From: Atractiella rhizophila
Lineage: Eukaryota
DNA: 52,520 nt
Direction of reading: 5' to 3'
Assembly: GCA_021432655.1 (NCBI GenBank)
Contig: MU271320.1
Location: 40,928 to 93,447, forward strand
Made by a program: the position numbers and the translations under genes. The notes beneath the pieces were generated by a model that saw only the letters and a program-made list of their open reading frames with translations, was not told where the DNA came from and made no database searches. This document shows positions 26,384 to 41,300 of this stretch, piece by piece; within the stretch, counting starts at the first letter, position 1, and every line of letters begins with the position of its first letter.

Positions 26384-29300
26384 ATGGACTCCCCACCACT
26401 CTCACGTTCACCTGCTCCGCCGCTCTCTTCCCTCCCGCCGACGGAGTCAGCCGACATCCCCCAGCTCACCACCTATCTCTCCTCCCTCCTCTCCCTTCTC
26501 CTCCCCGGCCCATTCCCCGCCCTCTTCACCACGCCGAGCTACCCCGAACTCGCATCCCGGCTCTTCAACGACCCCTCGCTGCAGGCGCTGTACATCACCA
26601 AGTACAGGACGGTCAGCGAGCCAGAAGGCGAAGGAGAGGAGGGTGGTGCTGTGGCGGAGGAAGAGGAAGAGGGCAGATACGAGATCGACTCAGTGCTCTC
26701 CTACGCGCCGAACGTGGTGGCCACTCTCGCGCTCATCAAGCGTCGTCCCACCCTCGACTCCACGCGCAGCCTACATGCTCAGATACACGTCCTTAACCTC
26801 TTCGGACCTGCGAACGACGGCTCTCCCTCACATCTTCCCGGTGGTGCTTCAGCGGAGGAAGACGGTGCAGTGGGAGGGAAGACGAATGGGGTCAATGGTA
26901 CGCCGCGTCGTCAGCTTACGGAAGGGAAGGATGGGAAGGAGGAAGACGAGGACGAGGCGCGTTCTCAAACCCCGACCGGCACGCCATACGAGTCCCTACA
27001 CTCTCTGATCCACCACGGAGTCTCGCCTTACTTCGACGCATACGTATCCTCCCGGAAGGATCTCACTTCATCGTCCGCTACTGGCGCTGGAGGGAAAGGC
27101 GGAGGAGGAGGAAAAGAGAGGGATGCGGAAGCCAAACTCGGGATTCCAATGACAAAAAAGAAGCTCGCCGAACTCGAACTCTCCCTCCTCCACCTCCAAC
27201 AAAACGTGGAGATCCCAACCATCATCCTAGCCATCCATCCCATCATCCGTTCCACCATCGAGCGCTGTCACTCCTCCGGAGAGCGTGTTTCACCCCTCGC
27301 GCTCCCTCCAGAAGTGGTCGGCGACACCGCTTTCCTCAACAAGCTGCAGGGAGGAGTGAATGGCTGGATAAAAGAGATTCAACAGGTCACCAAGCTCAAT
27401 AGGGACGTCAGTTCCGGCACCGCAAGTCAAGAAATCAATTTTTGGTTGTCCCTCGAAACCGCTCTAGAAGGGATTCAAGACCAACTCGAAGGGGAAGAAG
27501 TACTATTGACCTTGGAAGTATTGAAACATGCAAAGCGTTTTTTGGCGACGCTGAGCTTCATAGCGGATACGGGATTGAAGGAGGCGAAGGACACGGTCGG
27601 GAAGTACAATCAGTTGATGAAAGATTTCCCGCTCAACGACCTCCTCTCTGCTACCGACCTCGAGCGCGTCCATTCGGCCATCATCGTCCTCTTCTCCCAC
27701 ATCACTCGCAAGCTTCGCGTCGCTCCATATCCCATCCGTCGCGCTCTCCCACTCGTAGAAGCCATCTCCAGAGACCTCAACGACACCCTCCTCAAGGTCC
27801 TAGCCAGTCAAAGACTCATGTACCTCCCCTATCCCTCCTTCGAATCCTCCATGTTATCGGTCGCTCGCGTCTTCAGCGCCTGGGACGAGGTCTTGAAGGA
27901 GTTCACGAACCAGGCGAGGGAGTTGCAGAGGAAGAGGAGCGAGAAGTTCATTCCGATCAAGATCGTCAGTAGGACGGGAAAGCTGAAGGAGAGGCTGGCG
28001 TATTTGAGAGGATTCAGGAAACAGCATGAGCAGTTGGCCGTCATGACTAAAGGCGGAGCGGCGGGGAAGGGTGCAGGTGGCGTTTTGGGAGATGTGGATA
28101 TGCAGGAGGAAGTCGCGGCGGCTTATGAGAGTGTGAAGAATGTGGACGTCTTAGACGTTTCTCAAGGTCGGTTTTTTCTAACCGCCTGCCTCACTTAGAT
28201 TATGTCGAGCTCATGAATGCTTGTTGCTGGTGTTTTAGAGGGAACGGAGATTTGGGTGACGGCGGAGAACGCATATAACGAGCGAGTATCTCGAGTAGAG
28301 AACCAGATCATAGCTCGTCTCAGGGACCGTCTGGGGAGCGCAAAGAATGCCAACGAGATGCTTCGAGTGCTCTCCTCCTTCAACGCCCTCTTCGTGCGGC
28401 CCAAGATCAGAGGCGCAGTATCCGAATACCAAACCTCGCTCATCGAAAGCGTGAAGGAGGACATTAGGCGGTTGCACGACAAGTTCAAGACCCAATACCA
28501 GTTTTCGGAGGCTTATCACATGTCTCAACTTCGCGACCTTCCGCCGATCGCTGGTGCCATCATTTGGGCGAAACAGATCGAGAGACAGCTCAATACGTAC
28601 ATGAGGAGGGTGGAAGACGTGTTAGGGAAGGGATGGGAGGACTATGCGGAAGGTCAGAAGCTTGCGAGCGAGAGCACGAGCTTTAGGATGAAGTTGGACA
28701 CGAAACCTATCTACGAGGCCTGGCAGCACGAGATCCAGAAAAGAAACCTTTCGATTAGCGGGAGGATATTCGATGTAGCGAGGACGAGGCAGGCGATTGG
28801 AGGATTGGGAAATTATCAACTCGTCATCAACTTCGATTCGCAGGTCGTGAGCTTGTTCAAGGAAACTCGAAATTTGCTCTGGTTGGGATTCTCGGTGCCG
28901 CATCAGATTTCGAACATTGCAAAGGATGCAGCGAGGGTGTATAGTCCCGCGATGAGCTTGATGGAGGCCGTGAGGACATACACTCAGACGATAATCAAGG
29001 TTCATGAACACGAAGAGATTGCTCCCCTCCTCGCTTCTCACCGCAATGACGTTCAGAATATGATTGTCAAAGGACTAGGAATTAGATGGGAGTCCTTCGT
29101 TTCTACCTTTGATACCTCGAGGCATCAACTCGACCTAGGAGGAATGGAGCACCGCGCGGTCGAGAACTCGAGACACGCTCAAGCTAACTTTGTGAAGGAG
29201 TTCTCCAAGACAGTTTCGCTCTTCCAAGACAGAACGGATTCGCTCATTGAGATGGAAGGTGATTTGAAGAAGGTTCTGGAAGAGCTGGAGGTGTGCGACT

Positions 29301-32300
29301 ATTCGAGGGAAGTGTTTGAGAAGAGTTTAGAGGTCGTGCAGAAAACTGTGCGTTCTCTTAGCCGCTCTCTTGTTTGACAACGCTGACACATGAGCAGATC
29401 GACAAGCTCAATCTTGAGGGATACTCGAACCTCGAGAGCTGGACAAAGACTTTGGACGAAAAGATCGAGCGAGTGTTCATTGAACGCCTCAAATCCATTC
29501 TCGAGCTATGGTCTGCACAGTTCTTGAAGGACGGATCGAAGGAGCGAGAGGGAGCGCATGCGGCCGGTCGGAAAGCGGTAGAGAAGAAAGAGTCTAAGAA
29601 GGATGGGGCGCTGGAGCTCAAGCCTATCGTTCATGAAGTCTGCATCAAGAACCAAGTCATCTACCTCGACCCTCCCATCGAATTTGCTCGAGCCCAATGG
29701 TATGGTCAGCTTCAGGATTGGTTGGGCGTCATTTGTGGATTGAAGAGGATACAAAGCTCGAGGTATGAACTGGGATTGAAGTTCAAGAGCAGACCAGAGG
29801 ACGAGAACTATGTCTCAGTCGTACGTGTTCCGCCTTCTCCATGATTGTGCTCACAGCATTGGTAGCTTGGGAAATTCGACGAGGCCACTCTCTCCAAGCC
29901 TTTTTCTATGATTGAAGACAAGCTGAGCCAGATTTCCGCTTATGTCAAGAAGTGGCTTCAGTTCCAGTCGCTTTGGGATCTCGAGAGCGAATACGTGTAC
30001 AACCTCATCGGCGACTCACTCGTCCAATGGCAACAACTCCTTTCCGAAATCCGCAAGACTCGTTCCACCTTCGACAATTCGGAAACCCAGAAATCTTTTG
30101 GCGTCGCCGTCATCGATTACGAGCAGGTGCAGAGCAAAGTCAACGCTAAATATGACACCTGGCAGCGCGATATCTTGGGTCGATTCGGGACAAAACTCGG
30201 TAGCTCGATGAGGGAGACTCATGCAGCGATTCTCAAGGCTAGACATGATTTGGAACATCAGAGCGTGGAAGGATCTTCGACTGCTCAGGCCGTTTCGTTC
30301 ATCACCTTCGTGCAAGACTTGAAGAGGAAGGTGAAGAAGTGGGCTCCTGAAATCGAGATCTTTGCGAGTGGCCAAAAGACGCTCGAGCGCCAGAGATATC
30401 AGTTCGCTACGGATTGGCTTTATGTCGATCAAATTGAAGGCGAATGGGGGGCGTTCAATGAGATCTTGATGAGAAAGAATGCTGCTATCCAGGAGCAACT
30501 CGCTGGTTTACAGATGAAGATTGTCGCTGAGGATCAGATTGTAGCGAAGAGGATTGGGGAGATTGTGGGAGAGTGGGATCAGAACAAACCAATCCAAGGA
30601 AGTCTCTCGGCTGCCAATGCGATGAACATCATCAATGTCTTCGAGGACCGAGTTACGAGGCTTAAAGAAGAATACGACATGGTCACTCGTGCGAAGGAAG
30701 CTCTCTCCCTCGAACTCGTCCATGATGAACGCCTCCAACCCGTTCTCGAGGAGATCAGTGACCTTAAGGCGGTCTGGACAGCTCTGTCAGGGGTTTGGGC
30801 GCAGATCGGAGAACTCAGAGAGACAAGTTGGGCGTCCATTCAACCTAGGAAACTAAGACAGCAAATCGACGGACTGCTTGCCTCAACGAAAGAGATGCCA
30901 GCCCGGATGCGACAGTATGCTGCTTACGAGTTTGTTCAGGATTCTTTGAAGGCTTACCTCAAATCCAACATTCTCATATCCGAATTGAAGAGCGAGGCGT
31001 TGCGGGAACGACACTGGAGACAGCTCTACAAGAACCTGAAGGTCGCTAGCCAATATATACCGTCTCAAATGACGTTAGGATCAGTTTGGGATCTCGATCT
31101 GAAGAAGAATGAAGGAGCTATTAAGGAAGTGATTATGCAAGCTCAAGGTGAAATGGCGTTGGAGGAATATCTGAAGCAGGTATGTCACCAGCATTCGTTC
31201 GTTTCGTATGGCCAACCATGCATTCCAGGTCAAGGAAATTTGGACGAACTATAGCCTCGAATTAGTCAACTACCAGACGAAGACCAAGCTGATCAAGGGC
31301 TGGGATGACCTTTTTGCCAAGTGTAGCGAGAATCTAAACTCACTTACGGCCATGAAGATGTCGCCATACTACAAAGTGTTCGAGGAGGAAGCTTCGTCTT
31401 GGGAGGAGAAACTAAACCGCATTCATGTTCTGTTTGACGTTTGGATCGATGTGCAGAGACAATGGGTCTATCTTGAGTGCGTTTATTGATTGATTTGTAC
31501 GGTGCCAGACCAAGTGACGCTGTCTCAGGGGAATCTTTTCTGGGAGCGCCGACATCAAGCATCTCCTTCCCGTCGAGAGTCAACGCTTCAATACTATCAA
31601 TGCGGAGTTCATGTCCGTCATGAAGAAAGTTGTCAAGTCACCTTTCGTCCTCGAAGTGCTTCAGATTGCCGGCGTACAGAAGAGCTTGGAGCGCCTTGCT
31701 GATCTCCTTAGTAAGATCCAAAAAGCTCTCGGAGAGTACTTGGAACGAGAGCGCTCACTTTTCCCACGGTTTTATTTTGTCGGAGACGAAGATTTGCTCG
31801 AGATCATCGGTAACAGCAAAGACGTGGTAAGGGTCATGAAGCACCTCAAGAAGATGTTCGCAGGGATCTCTTCTCTCATCCTGGACAACGTCGAAGACGT
31901 CACTCAAATTGAAGGCATCTCATCCCGTGAAGGAGAAGAAGTTCACTTTACCGCTCCAATCGTCCTCAAAGACTTCCCAAAGATCAATGACTGGTTAACC
32001 AAACTCGAACTCGAGATGAAAGTCGCCCTTGCTGATCTTCTTCAACAGAGCAGGGGCGAATTGACACCCATTTACACAGCCACAGATCGCCTCGACCCAG
32101 AGTCCTTCTTAGAATGGGTTGGCAAATACCCTGCTCAATTAGTGGTCCTTGCTATCCAGGTGGAATGGACATCCCTAACAGAGCAAGCGTTGGAAGAACA
32201 GTCTGGATTGAAGAAGCCTATCGACATTGTCCTTCGAAGCTTGGACGTGCTCGCCGACGCCGTTTTGACAGATCTAGAGCCCATCAAGAGGAAGAAGTGC

Positions 32301-35300
32301 GAACACCTCATCACGGAGTTGGTGCATCAAAGGGATGTCCTGAGAGATATTGAGAAAGCAGACCTCTCCATGGGCAAAAACAGCTTCGCCTGGCTTTACC
32401 ACATGAGGTTCTATCACGATCCCACGATTTCCAATTCTCTTGATCGCCTCACTGTTCGCATGGCCAACGCTGTCTTCCCATACGGCTATGAATACCTTGG
32501 AGTCCCGGAAAAACTTGTCCAGACGCCGCTGACGGATCGCTGCTATCTTACCATGACGCAGGCTCTGGATCAACGACTTGGTGGTTCACCTTTCGGTCCA
32601 GCGGGAACAGGTTTGCACTCTTTTCTAGCTCGTTATGATGTTGCTGACATTTTCTATAGGTAAAACGGAGTCCATCAAAGCTTTGGGGGTGCAACTAGGC
32701 CGTTTCGTCATAGTATTCTGCTGTGACGATACTTTTGACTATCAAGCAATGGGACGTATCTTAGTGGGATTGTGCAAGACTGGACATTGGAGTTGTTTTG
32801 ACGAGGTACGCAGCTGAACAGCAACCGAACGATGGCTGATCCACGGAGCAGGTCAATCGACTGAGCGAAGGCACTCTCAGCGCCGTCTCCCAGCAAATTG
32901 CGGACATAACATCTGCGCAAAGAGCCCGTACAAACCCGACAAGCAGCGCCATTGTTCAGCTTGCTGGAAAGGAAGTAGACGTCAAATCGGAAACCGCTAT
33001 CTTTGTTACCTGTCAGTGGATTTTCTTTACCCGGAGGTTTTGTTGACCAGACTCACAGATAATCCCGGTTACGCAGGACGTTCTAATCTCCCCGACAACC
33101 TGAAGAAGCTTTTCAGGAGCATGGCTATGACCCATCCAGATCGTGAACTCATTGCTCAAGTCATGTTGTTCTCTCAAGGATTCAGAACCGCCGAGAGACT
33201 TGCGTCCAAAGTAGTGCCTTTCTTCAACCTCTGTTCCGAACAGCTGTCGAGTCAGCCGCACTATGACTTTGGTCTTCGAGCCCTCAAGGCTGTCCTCACG
33301 AGTGCTGGACAACTGAAGCGAGAGCGCATCGCTAATCCAACAGATGCTTCCCTCGCGACGTCTAACGATATTGTAGAGCAGGAAATTGTAATCCAGAGTG
33401 TCACGGACACCATTGTCCCAAAATTGGTGGCGGATGATGTCCCTCTCCTTACCAGGTTAGTTACACCTGACTTGGACTCATTACCAATCTCACGAGAGTT
33501 GCAGCTTACTTTCAGATGTATTCCCTGGTATTGATTATCGACCTGTCGATCTAGAGAAACTTATCCAACACATTTCTGACGTTTGCAATCAGCAGCATCT
33601 TCAAATGGGCGAGATTTGGTTGCACAAAGTTCTACAGCTTTATCAGATTCAGAATATCCAGCACGGGTTGATGATGGTTGGTCCAGCTTCGACAGGAAAG
33701 AGCAAATCTTGGAGCGTACTTCTCCAAGCCATGGAAAGACTTACTGGTGTTGAAGGTGTTTCTTACGTTATTGACCCCAAGGCGATTTCCAAAGATGCCC
33801 TCTATGGGACCCTTGACCCCACCACGAGGGAATGGACTGACGGACTCTTTACAAGTATTCTTCGCAAGATCATCGATAACGTCCGAGGAGAGAGTTCTAA
33901 GCGACACTGGATTATCTTCGATGGTGATGTTGATCCAGAGTGGGTGGAAAATCTCAACAGGTAAGCAACATTTTAGATTTTTGACAGGTCTCATAACGAC
34001 TGGTTCCAGTGTTCTTGACGATAACAAACTCTTGACACTTCCGAATGGTGAACGCCTCAGCTTACCCCCGAACGTGCGCATTATGTTCGAAGTCGAAACG
34101 TTGAAATACGCGACTCTCGCGACGGTCAGCCGCTGCGGCATGGTGTGGTTCAGTGACGACGCTGTTACCCCCAGCATGATGTATCGCCATTATTTCTCTA
34201 ACCTCCGGAAAGTCGCCATCGATGCAGCAGATGATGAGCTGACCGCTGAAGGACTTGGACGTGTCGCAGAAGGTGAAGACAACCATTTAGCTACTCAATC
34301 ATCAATCGCCACCATCTTGGAGCAACACTTTCAGGAAGATCAGCTGGTGCCGAGAGCTTTACAGTATGCCGCAACCGTGGATCACATCATGGAATTCACT
34401 GCCAGTCGAGCACTCACTACGCTCTTCTCCCTCCTGAACAAGACCGTTCGAAACGTTCTTGAGTACAACACGACACATCCTGACTTCCCTCTGCAACTCG
34501 AACAGATCGAGTCTTATGTCCAGAAACGACTTTTGGTCTCCATAGTCTGGTCATTCACCGGAGATTCCAAGTTGGATACAAGGATGGGGATGGGTTCTTT
34601 CCTCAGAGAGAACTGCGGTTTAGATTTCCCTCCACTTGGGCCGGGTGCCTCCTTAATCGATTACGACGTTCAAGTTTCCAATAGCGACTGGATTTCGTGG
34701 CAGAATTCGGTACCTACGATCGAAATCGAAACCCATTCTGTCACAGCACCTGACGTGGTGATTCCTACTCTCGACACAGTTCGACATGAAGATGTTCTTT
34801 ACGCCTGGCTCTCCGAGCACAAGCCATTGATGCTTTGCGGTCCTCCCGGTTCAGGAAAGACTATGACATTGTTCAGCGCTCTACGAAAACTTCCAGACAT
34901 GCAGGTCATTGGACTCAACTTTTCCAGTGCCACCACGCCGGAGCTCGTTCTCAAGACATTCGAGCAGCATTGTGAATACAGAAAGACCCCCAATGGAGTT
35001 ATTCTGTCTCCATCTCAAGTCGGTCGCTGGATTGTCATTTTCTGTGACGAGATCAATCTCCCTGCAACTGATAAATACGGCACTCAGCGCGTTATTTCAT
35101 TCATTCGTCAGCTTGTCGAACAGAATGGATACTGGCGAACGTCGGATAGAGCTTGGGTCAAACTTGAACGCATCCAATTTGTTGGAGCTTGCAATCCTCC
35201 TACAGATCCTGGCCGAGTGCCTCTCACCCAACGATTCCTGCGACATGCTCCGCTTGTCATGGTTGACTACCCTGGAGAAGCCTCCCTCATTCAGATATAT

Positions 35301-38300
35301 GGTACATTCGCAAGAGCGTTGCTCAAAGTCATTCCAACCCTTCGGGGCTACGCGGAGCCTCTCACTGCTGCCATGGTGGAGTTCTACCTCGCCTCTCAAC
35401 GGAAATTCACCGCTGATATTCAAGCCCATTATGTCTACAGCCCCCGAGAGCTATCGCGCTGGGTCAGAGGTGTCTTCGAGTCCATTCGCCCCCTAGAAAC
35501 CTTGTCGGTCGAGGGTTTGGTTCGTGTATGGGCGCATGAGGGACTTCGTCTGTTTCATGACAGGTTGGTGGACGAAGAAGAGCGAGTTTGGACCGTCGAC
35601 ATGATTGACGCCACTGCCCTCAAACACTTCTCTACCATAGAGAGAGACGAAGCTCTTGCCAGGCCAATTCTGTTTTCCAACTGGACCTCCAAATTTTATG
35701 TTTCTGTCGACAGAGAGGAGCTTCGAGAGTTTGTTAAGGCCCGACTAAAGGTGTTCTATGAAGAGGAACTCGATGTCCAACTTGTACTTTTCAACGATGT
35801 ACTGGACCACGTCCTCAGAATTGATCGAGCCTTCAGGCAGGTGCAAGGGCACATGCTCCTTATTGGCGTCAGTGGTAGTGGAAAGGTATGTGTCTCCCAG
35901 TCAGATGACAGAATTAATGTAACGTCCCCAGACAACACTATCTCGGTTCGTTGCTTGGATGAACGGTCTCAGCGTTTTCCAAATAAAGGTCCACAATAAG
36001 TACACGGGAGATGATTTCGATGAAGATCTTCGAACTGTTTTACGACGAGCCGGGTGCAAAGGAGAGAAGATTTGCTTCATTATGGACGAGTCCAATGTTC
36101 TGGATTCTGGATTCCTGGAGCGAATGAATACTCTCCTCGCCAACGCTGAGGTCCCTGGTCTATTCGAAGGTGACGAATATGCTGCTCTCATGACCAGTTG
36201 TCGAGAAGGAGCTCAGAAGGACGGATTGATGCTGGATACACCCGATGAGCTGTACCGATGGTTTACGACTCAGGTTGCCAAGAATCTTCACGTCGTGTTT
36301 ACTATGAACCCTCCAGAGAGCGGATTGGCATCAAGAGCTGCTACTTCGCCAGCCCTTTTCAACCGTTGCGTCTTAGACTGGTTTGGAGACTGGTCAGATC
36401 AAGCATTCTATCAGGTTGGAGCCGAGTTCACGCAGACGCTCGACCTGGATATCGCTGGCTACGCTCCGCCCATCAACTTCCCTATTGCTTACAGGCAGCT
36501 TGAGCTCCCACCCGTCCATCGAACTGCCGTCGTCAACGGTCTCGTGGCTGTTCATCAATCCATGTATGAGACGAATACCAGGTTGAGCAGGCGTCAGGGT
36601 CGCTTCAACTATGCTACTCCTCGACATTATCTCGATTTCATCAAACATTATGTCCGTTTGTTCAACGAGAAGCGCGACGATCTTGAAGAACAGCAGCGAC
36701 ACTTAAACGTTGGACTGGACAAGTTGAAATCTACTGTGCTTCAGGTAGAAGAGCTGAGAGGTAGTTTAGCAGTCAAGAGAAACCAGCTGGAAGCGAAAAA
36801 TGCGGAGGCGGATCAGAAACTTCAAAGGATGCTTATAGACCAGCAGGAAGCCGAGCAGAACAAAAAAGCCTCGGAGGAAATTCAGGTTGCTCTGAAGCAG
36901 CAGCAGAAAGAAATCGCAGAACGTCGAGCTGTTGTACTAGCTGATCTCGCGAACGCGGAACCTGCCGTTGTCGAAGCACAGCAAGCGGTGAGGGACATCA
37001 GAAGGCAACATATACAGGAAGTTCGAGCCATGGCCAACCCTCCAGAAGCGGTGAAGAATGCCATGGAATCTGTTTGCATCATCCTAGGAAACAAGATCGA
37101 AGGATGGAAGTCTGTCCAATCGATTCTGAGGCGAGACGACTTTACTGCTACGATTGTTAGTTTCGACACCTCCGCCAAGATGACTAAAAGCCTGCGTGAT
37201 AAAATCAAGCACGACTACCTATCAAATCCCAACTTCAATTTTGAGACAGTCAACCGTGCTAGTCGAGCTTGCGGTCCTCTTGTCAAATGGGTGATTGCTC
37301 AAGTTGGCTACTCTGAAATCCTTGATCGCGTGGGCCCTCTGCGTCAAGAGGTGCAATCGCTGGAGGACCAAGCCAATGGCACAAAACAAAAGGCCTCTCA
37401 CATCATTACAATGATCAAGGATCTTGAGGCCAGCATCGCGCGTTATAAGGACGAATATGCCGCCTTAGTTCGAGAAACCGAGGCCATCAAGCAAGAAATG
37501 GAAAGAGTGCAGACAAAGGTGGACCGAAGCATCACTCTTCTTGACAGTTTAGGATCCGAGAAGTCGCGTTGGGAAGGCGGGAGTCGAACATTCGAAGCAC
37601 AAATGGCCACTATTCCGGGAGACGCTCTTCTCTCCGCTGCATTCCTGGCATACGCGGGTTTCTTCGACCAACAGTACCGAGAGAATATGTGGGCTAGCTG
37701 GGCGAATCATCTCACTGATGCAGGGATTAAATTTAAAGCAGAGCTCTCGTTACCTGAATACCTGTCCACTGCAGACGATCGTCTCGGCTGGCAAGCGAAA
37801 TCCCTCCCAGTTGACGACCTTTGTACGGAAAATGCTATCATGCTCAAGCGCTTCGATCGTTACCCACTGATCATCGATCCATCCGGCCAAGCCACCACCT
37901 TCGTAATGAACGAGTACAAGCAGAGGAAGATCGCTGTCACCAGCTTCTTGGACGACGCATTCCTTAAAACGTTGGAAAGTGCTCTGCGTTTTGGAACGCC
38001 ACTGCTCATACAAGATGTGGAGCACCTTGACCCAATCTTGAACGCCGTGCTGAACAAGGAAATCCGCAGAGCAGGTGGCCGAGTCCTCATTCGCTTAGGC
38101 AGTCAAGATATTGACTTTTCTCCATCATTCATGATGTTCCTCTCCACCAGGGACCCATCCGTCAACTTCTCTCCAGATATATGTTCACGAGTGACCTTTG
38201 TCAACTTCACCATGACCCGTGGCAGTCTACAAAGTCAGTGCCTAAATGAAGTTCTCAAAGTCGAACGACCAGATACGGATAAGAAGCGAACAGATCTTAT

Positions 38301-41300
38301 GAAGCTGCAGGGCGAATTCCATCTCCGACTCAGGCACCTTGAAAAGCTGCTCCTTCAAGCATTGAACGAATCATCTGGCAACATCCTAGATGACGACAAA
38401 GTCATCGACACCCTGGAAACTCTGAAAAAGGAGGCTGCGGAAGTCAGTCGGAAAGTAGAGGAAACTGACTTAGTCATGGCAGAAGTTGAACAAGTGACTT
38501 CAGTCTACCTTCCTTTGGCACAAGCTTGCAGCAGCATCTTCTTCGTGCTAGATCAATTGGCACTTTTGCACCACTTTTACCAGTTCTCTCTTGGCTTCTT
38601 CCTGGACATATTCAGCTTTGTCTTACATCGAAACCCAGGCCTCAAAGGAGTCACAGATCCCAATCAACGTCTTTCCATCCTCAAGCGTGACATCTACCTT
38701 CAGACTTTTAAGCGGACGGCGCGGGCTCTCCTGCACACAGATCATCTCGTTTTGGGAATGTTGTTAGCACAAGTCAAACTTCGTAGCGAGCACGGATCCT
38801 TCAACGAGACAGAATTTGGATATCTTCTGGATTCAATCAGAGCTGCTGCTTCGTCTGACAAACCTGCTCCGGGTGCCTTGAATACGGACCAAGCGGAAAA
38901 GGTCAACTCTTTGGCGGAGCTGCTCCCATTTAAGGAACTACGTCAGCAGTTAGGGGCGGATCCGGAGAAGTGGAAGACGTTCTTTGATTCAGAAACACCA
39001 GAGACGGTTGTTCCAATTACTTGGGAAGATTTAGATGGTACGTGTCATCGGTAGTCGAGCTACTTGGCTGATAGTCGCTGCAGTCGTAGGAGTCAGCTTA
39101 AGAGAAGCGCTCTTGATGAAATACCTGCGACCGGATCGTCTCCTGCAAGCAGCTGATCGGTTCGTGCAAACTGCGTTTGGCCAAGACATCTCTGCAGAAG
39201 CCGCGTTCGACCTTGAGGAAGTTGTTACTCAAGAAGTTAAAGCCACGCAACCTATCTCTTTGGCATCGGTTCCTGGGTACGATGCTAGTTATAAAGTCGA
39301 CAATATCACAGTCTCTGTCGGAGCGAGATGTGCCTCTATTGCGATGGGTACCGCTGAAGCGACATCACAAGCTGATCAGGCGATAGCAGCTGCAGCACGA
39401 ATGGGTAGCTGGGTCCTGTTGAAGAATGTTCATCTCGCTGTGTCTTGGCTCGGTCAGTTGGAGAAGAGGCTTCAGAGCATGCAGGCGAATCCCAACTTCC
39501 GCCTTTTCCTCACGATGGAAACAAATCCGTCTATTCCGGTCAACATTCTTCGTCGCTCTTGTGTTGTGATGAACGAGCCGCCGCCGGGCATTCGAGCTAA
39601 TATGGTGGACTCTCTTCAGTCGATTCCAAGTGGACGTCTATCTTCCGGTCCGGCGGAGAAAGCAAGACTCTACTTCTTGCTTGCCTGGCTGCATGCTGTC
39701 TTGCAAGAAAGAATGCGATACGTACCCTTGGGCTGGAGCAAGGCCTATGAATTCAACAATTCAGATCAGGAGTCGACGCTCAATACCATCGACAAGTGGG
39801 TAGATACGGCAGCTCGGGGCAAATCGAATCTAGCACCGGAGGCAATACCTTTCCCTGCCATCAGAAGTCTTATCAAAGAAGGTGCGCTTGAGACACTTGA
39901 ACTGCTAATATTGTGGCTAAATCATCCTCATCAGCCGTCTATGGAGGACGAATCGATCGTGCAGTGGATCAAGCTCTGTTAGACGGTGTGTCGTCTCCTT
40001 CCATCTCCGCAGTGTAAGCTGAATTATTTTGTAGCCTTTGTTGACCATTTATTCCAACCCGGAGCTTTCGAGAATAATTTCAAGCTTGTCAGGGATACTG
40101 ATCTTGCAGCGCCGGAAGGAAGAACGCTAGCTGACTTTTTATCTTTCGCGAGAAACCTCCCAGAGCGAGAACCTCCTTCTTGGCTCTCTCTTCCCGTCAC
40201 CGCCCCTGCTGTCATATCAACCGGTCAAGGTAAGTAGTTCTCGGAGCTCTCATCCGTTGCTCAAAGTAGTGCAGGTCGCGATATGTTGCAGAAAGTTCTG
40301 AGGATGCGCAGTCTCGATGACGACGATGGTGCGGCTGGAAGTACCACCAAGACGGCAAGCACACAACCTGCCTGGATGCGCCAAGTGGAATCCGATTGCA
40401 AGAAATGGCTGGACATTCTCCCCAAGGTGAGGGATGATATCTTCGTGATTTTCTTTCTGATATATTATGGCAATAGGGAGTTCCAACCATGACCTTTTCA
40501 GACATCCATGACCCTCTAGCTCGTTTCTTCGTGAGGGAGTTGCAAACTGCCAAGAAGATTCTTGGACGCATCAGGAAAGATCTCGACGACCTCATACTAG
40601 TTTGCGAGGGGGAGCTTAAGCAAACCAACGATCTCAGAGAATTGCTGTCCAATGTCAACAAAGGTTTGTCCGCACATTGCCAAGGCATCGATCAAGCTGC
40701 TGAGCTACGCTGTAGGAATTGTACCCAATCACTTCCGTCCGTTCAAGATCCAAAGTCTTCCTCTCAGCGACTTCATCAACGACTTCGTATCTCGCCTTCA
40801 ACAGTTGGTCATGTTGTCAGAGACTGGCATCGAGGCGGATATCTGTCTCGGGAAGCTGTTCTTTCCACAATCGTACATCACAGCTACTCGTCAAAAGATC
40901 GCTCGGCAGACGAAGGTCTCGCTAGAGACGTTGAAGCTTGAACTCGACCTGGAATCATCCCAGCCATCAGTTGGCTTCCGTGTAGCAGGTGAGACGATTT
41001 GTTTCCGTCGAAATACGCGCTGACCGTTAATCTTACAGGCTTGTCTCTAGAAGGAGCGGTATGGAACGGTTCAAATTTGGAGATGAACAATGGAGACATG
41101 ATCCCATTGAAACCGTCTCAGCTGAGGTGGGTTGAGGGCAAACGTGGCGAAAGTGACGAGCGAGCTGTAAGTGATACTGCTGGGTACAAAGTACTTTTTT
41201 GACTGATGCAGCAGGCTGTTCCGGTGTACCTGGATCCTACTCGCTCCGAGCTACTTTTTGTAGCAAGATTACCAGTAACGAAAGGGGCAGAGAGTTTGAT

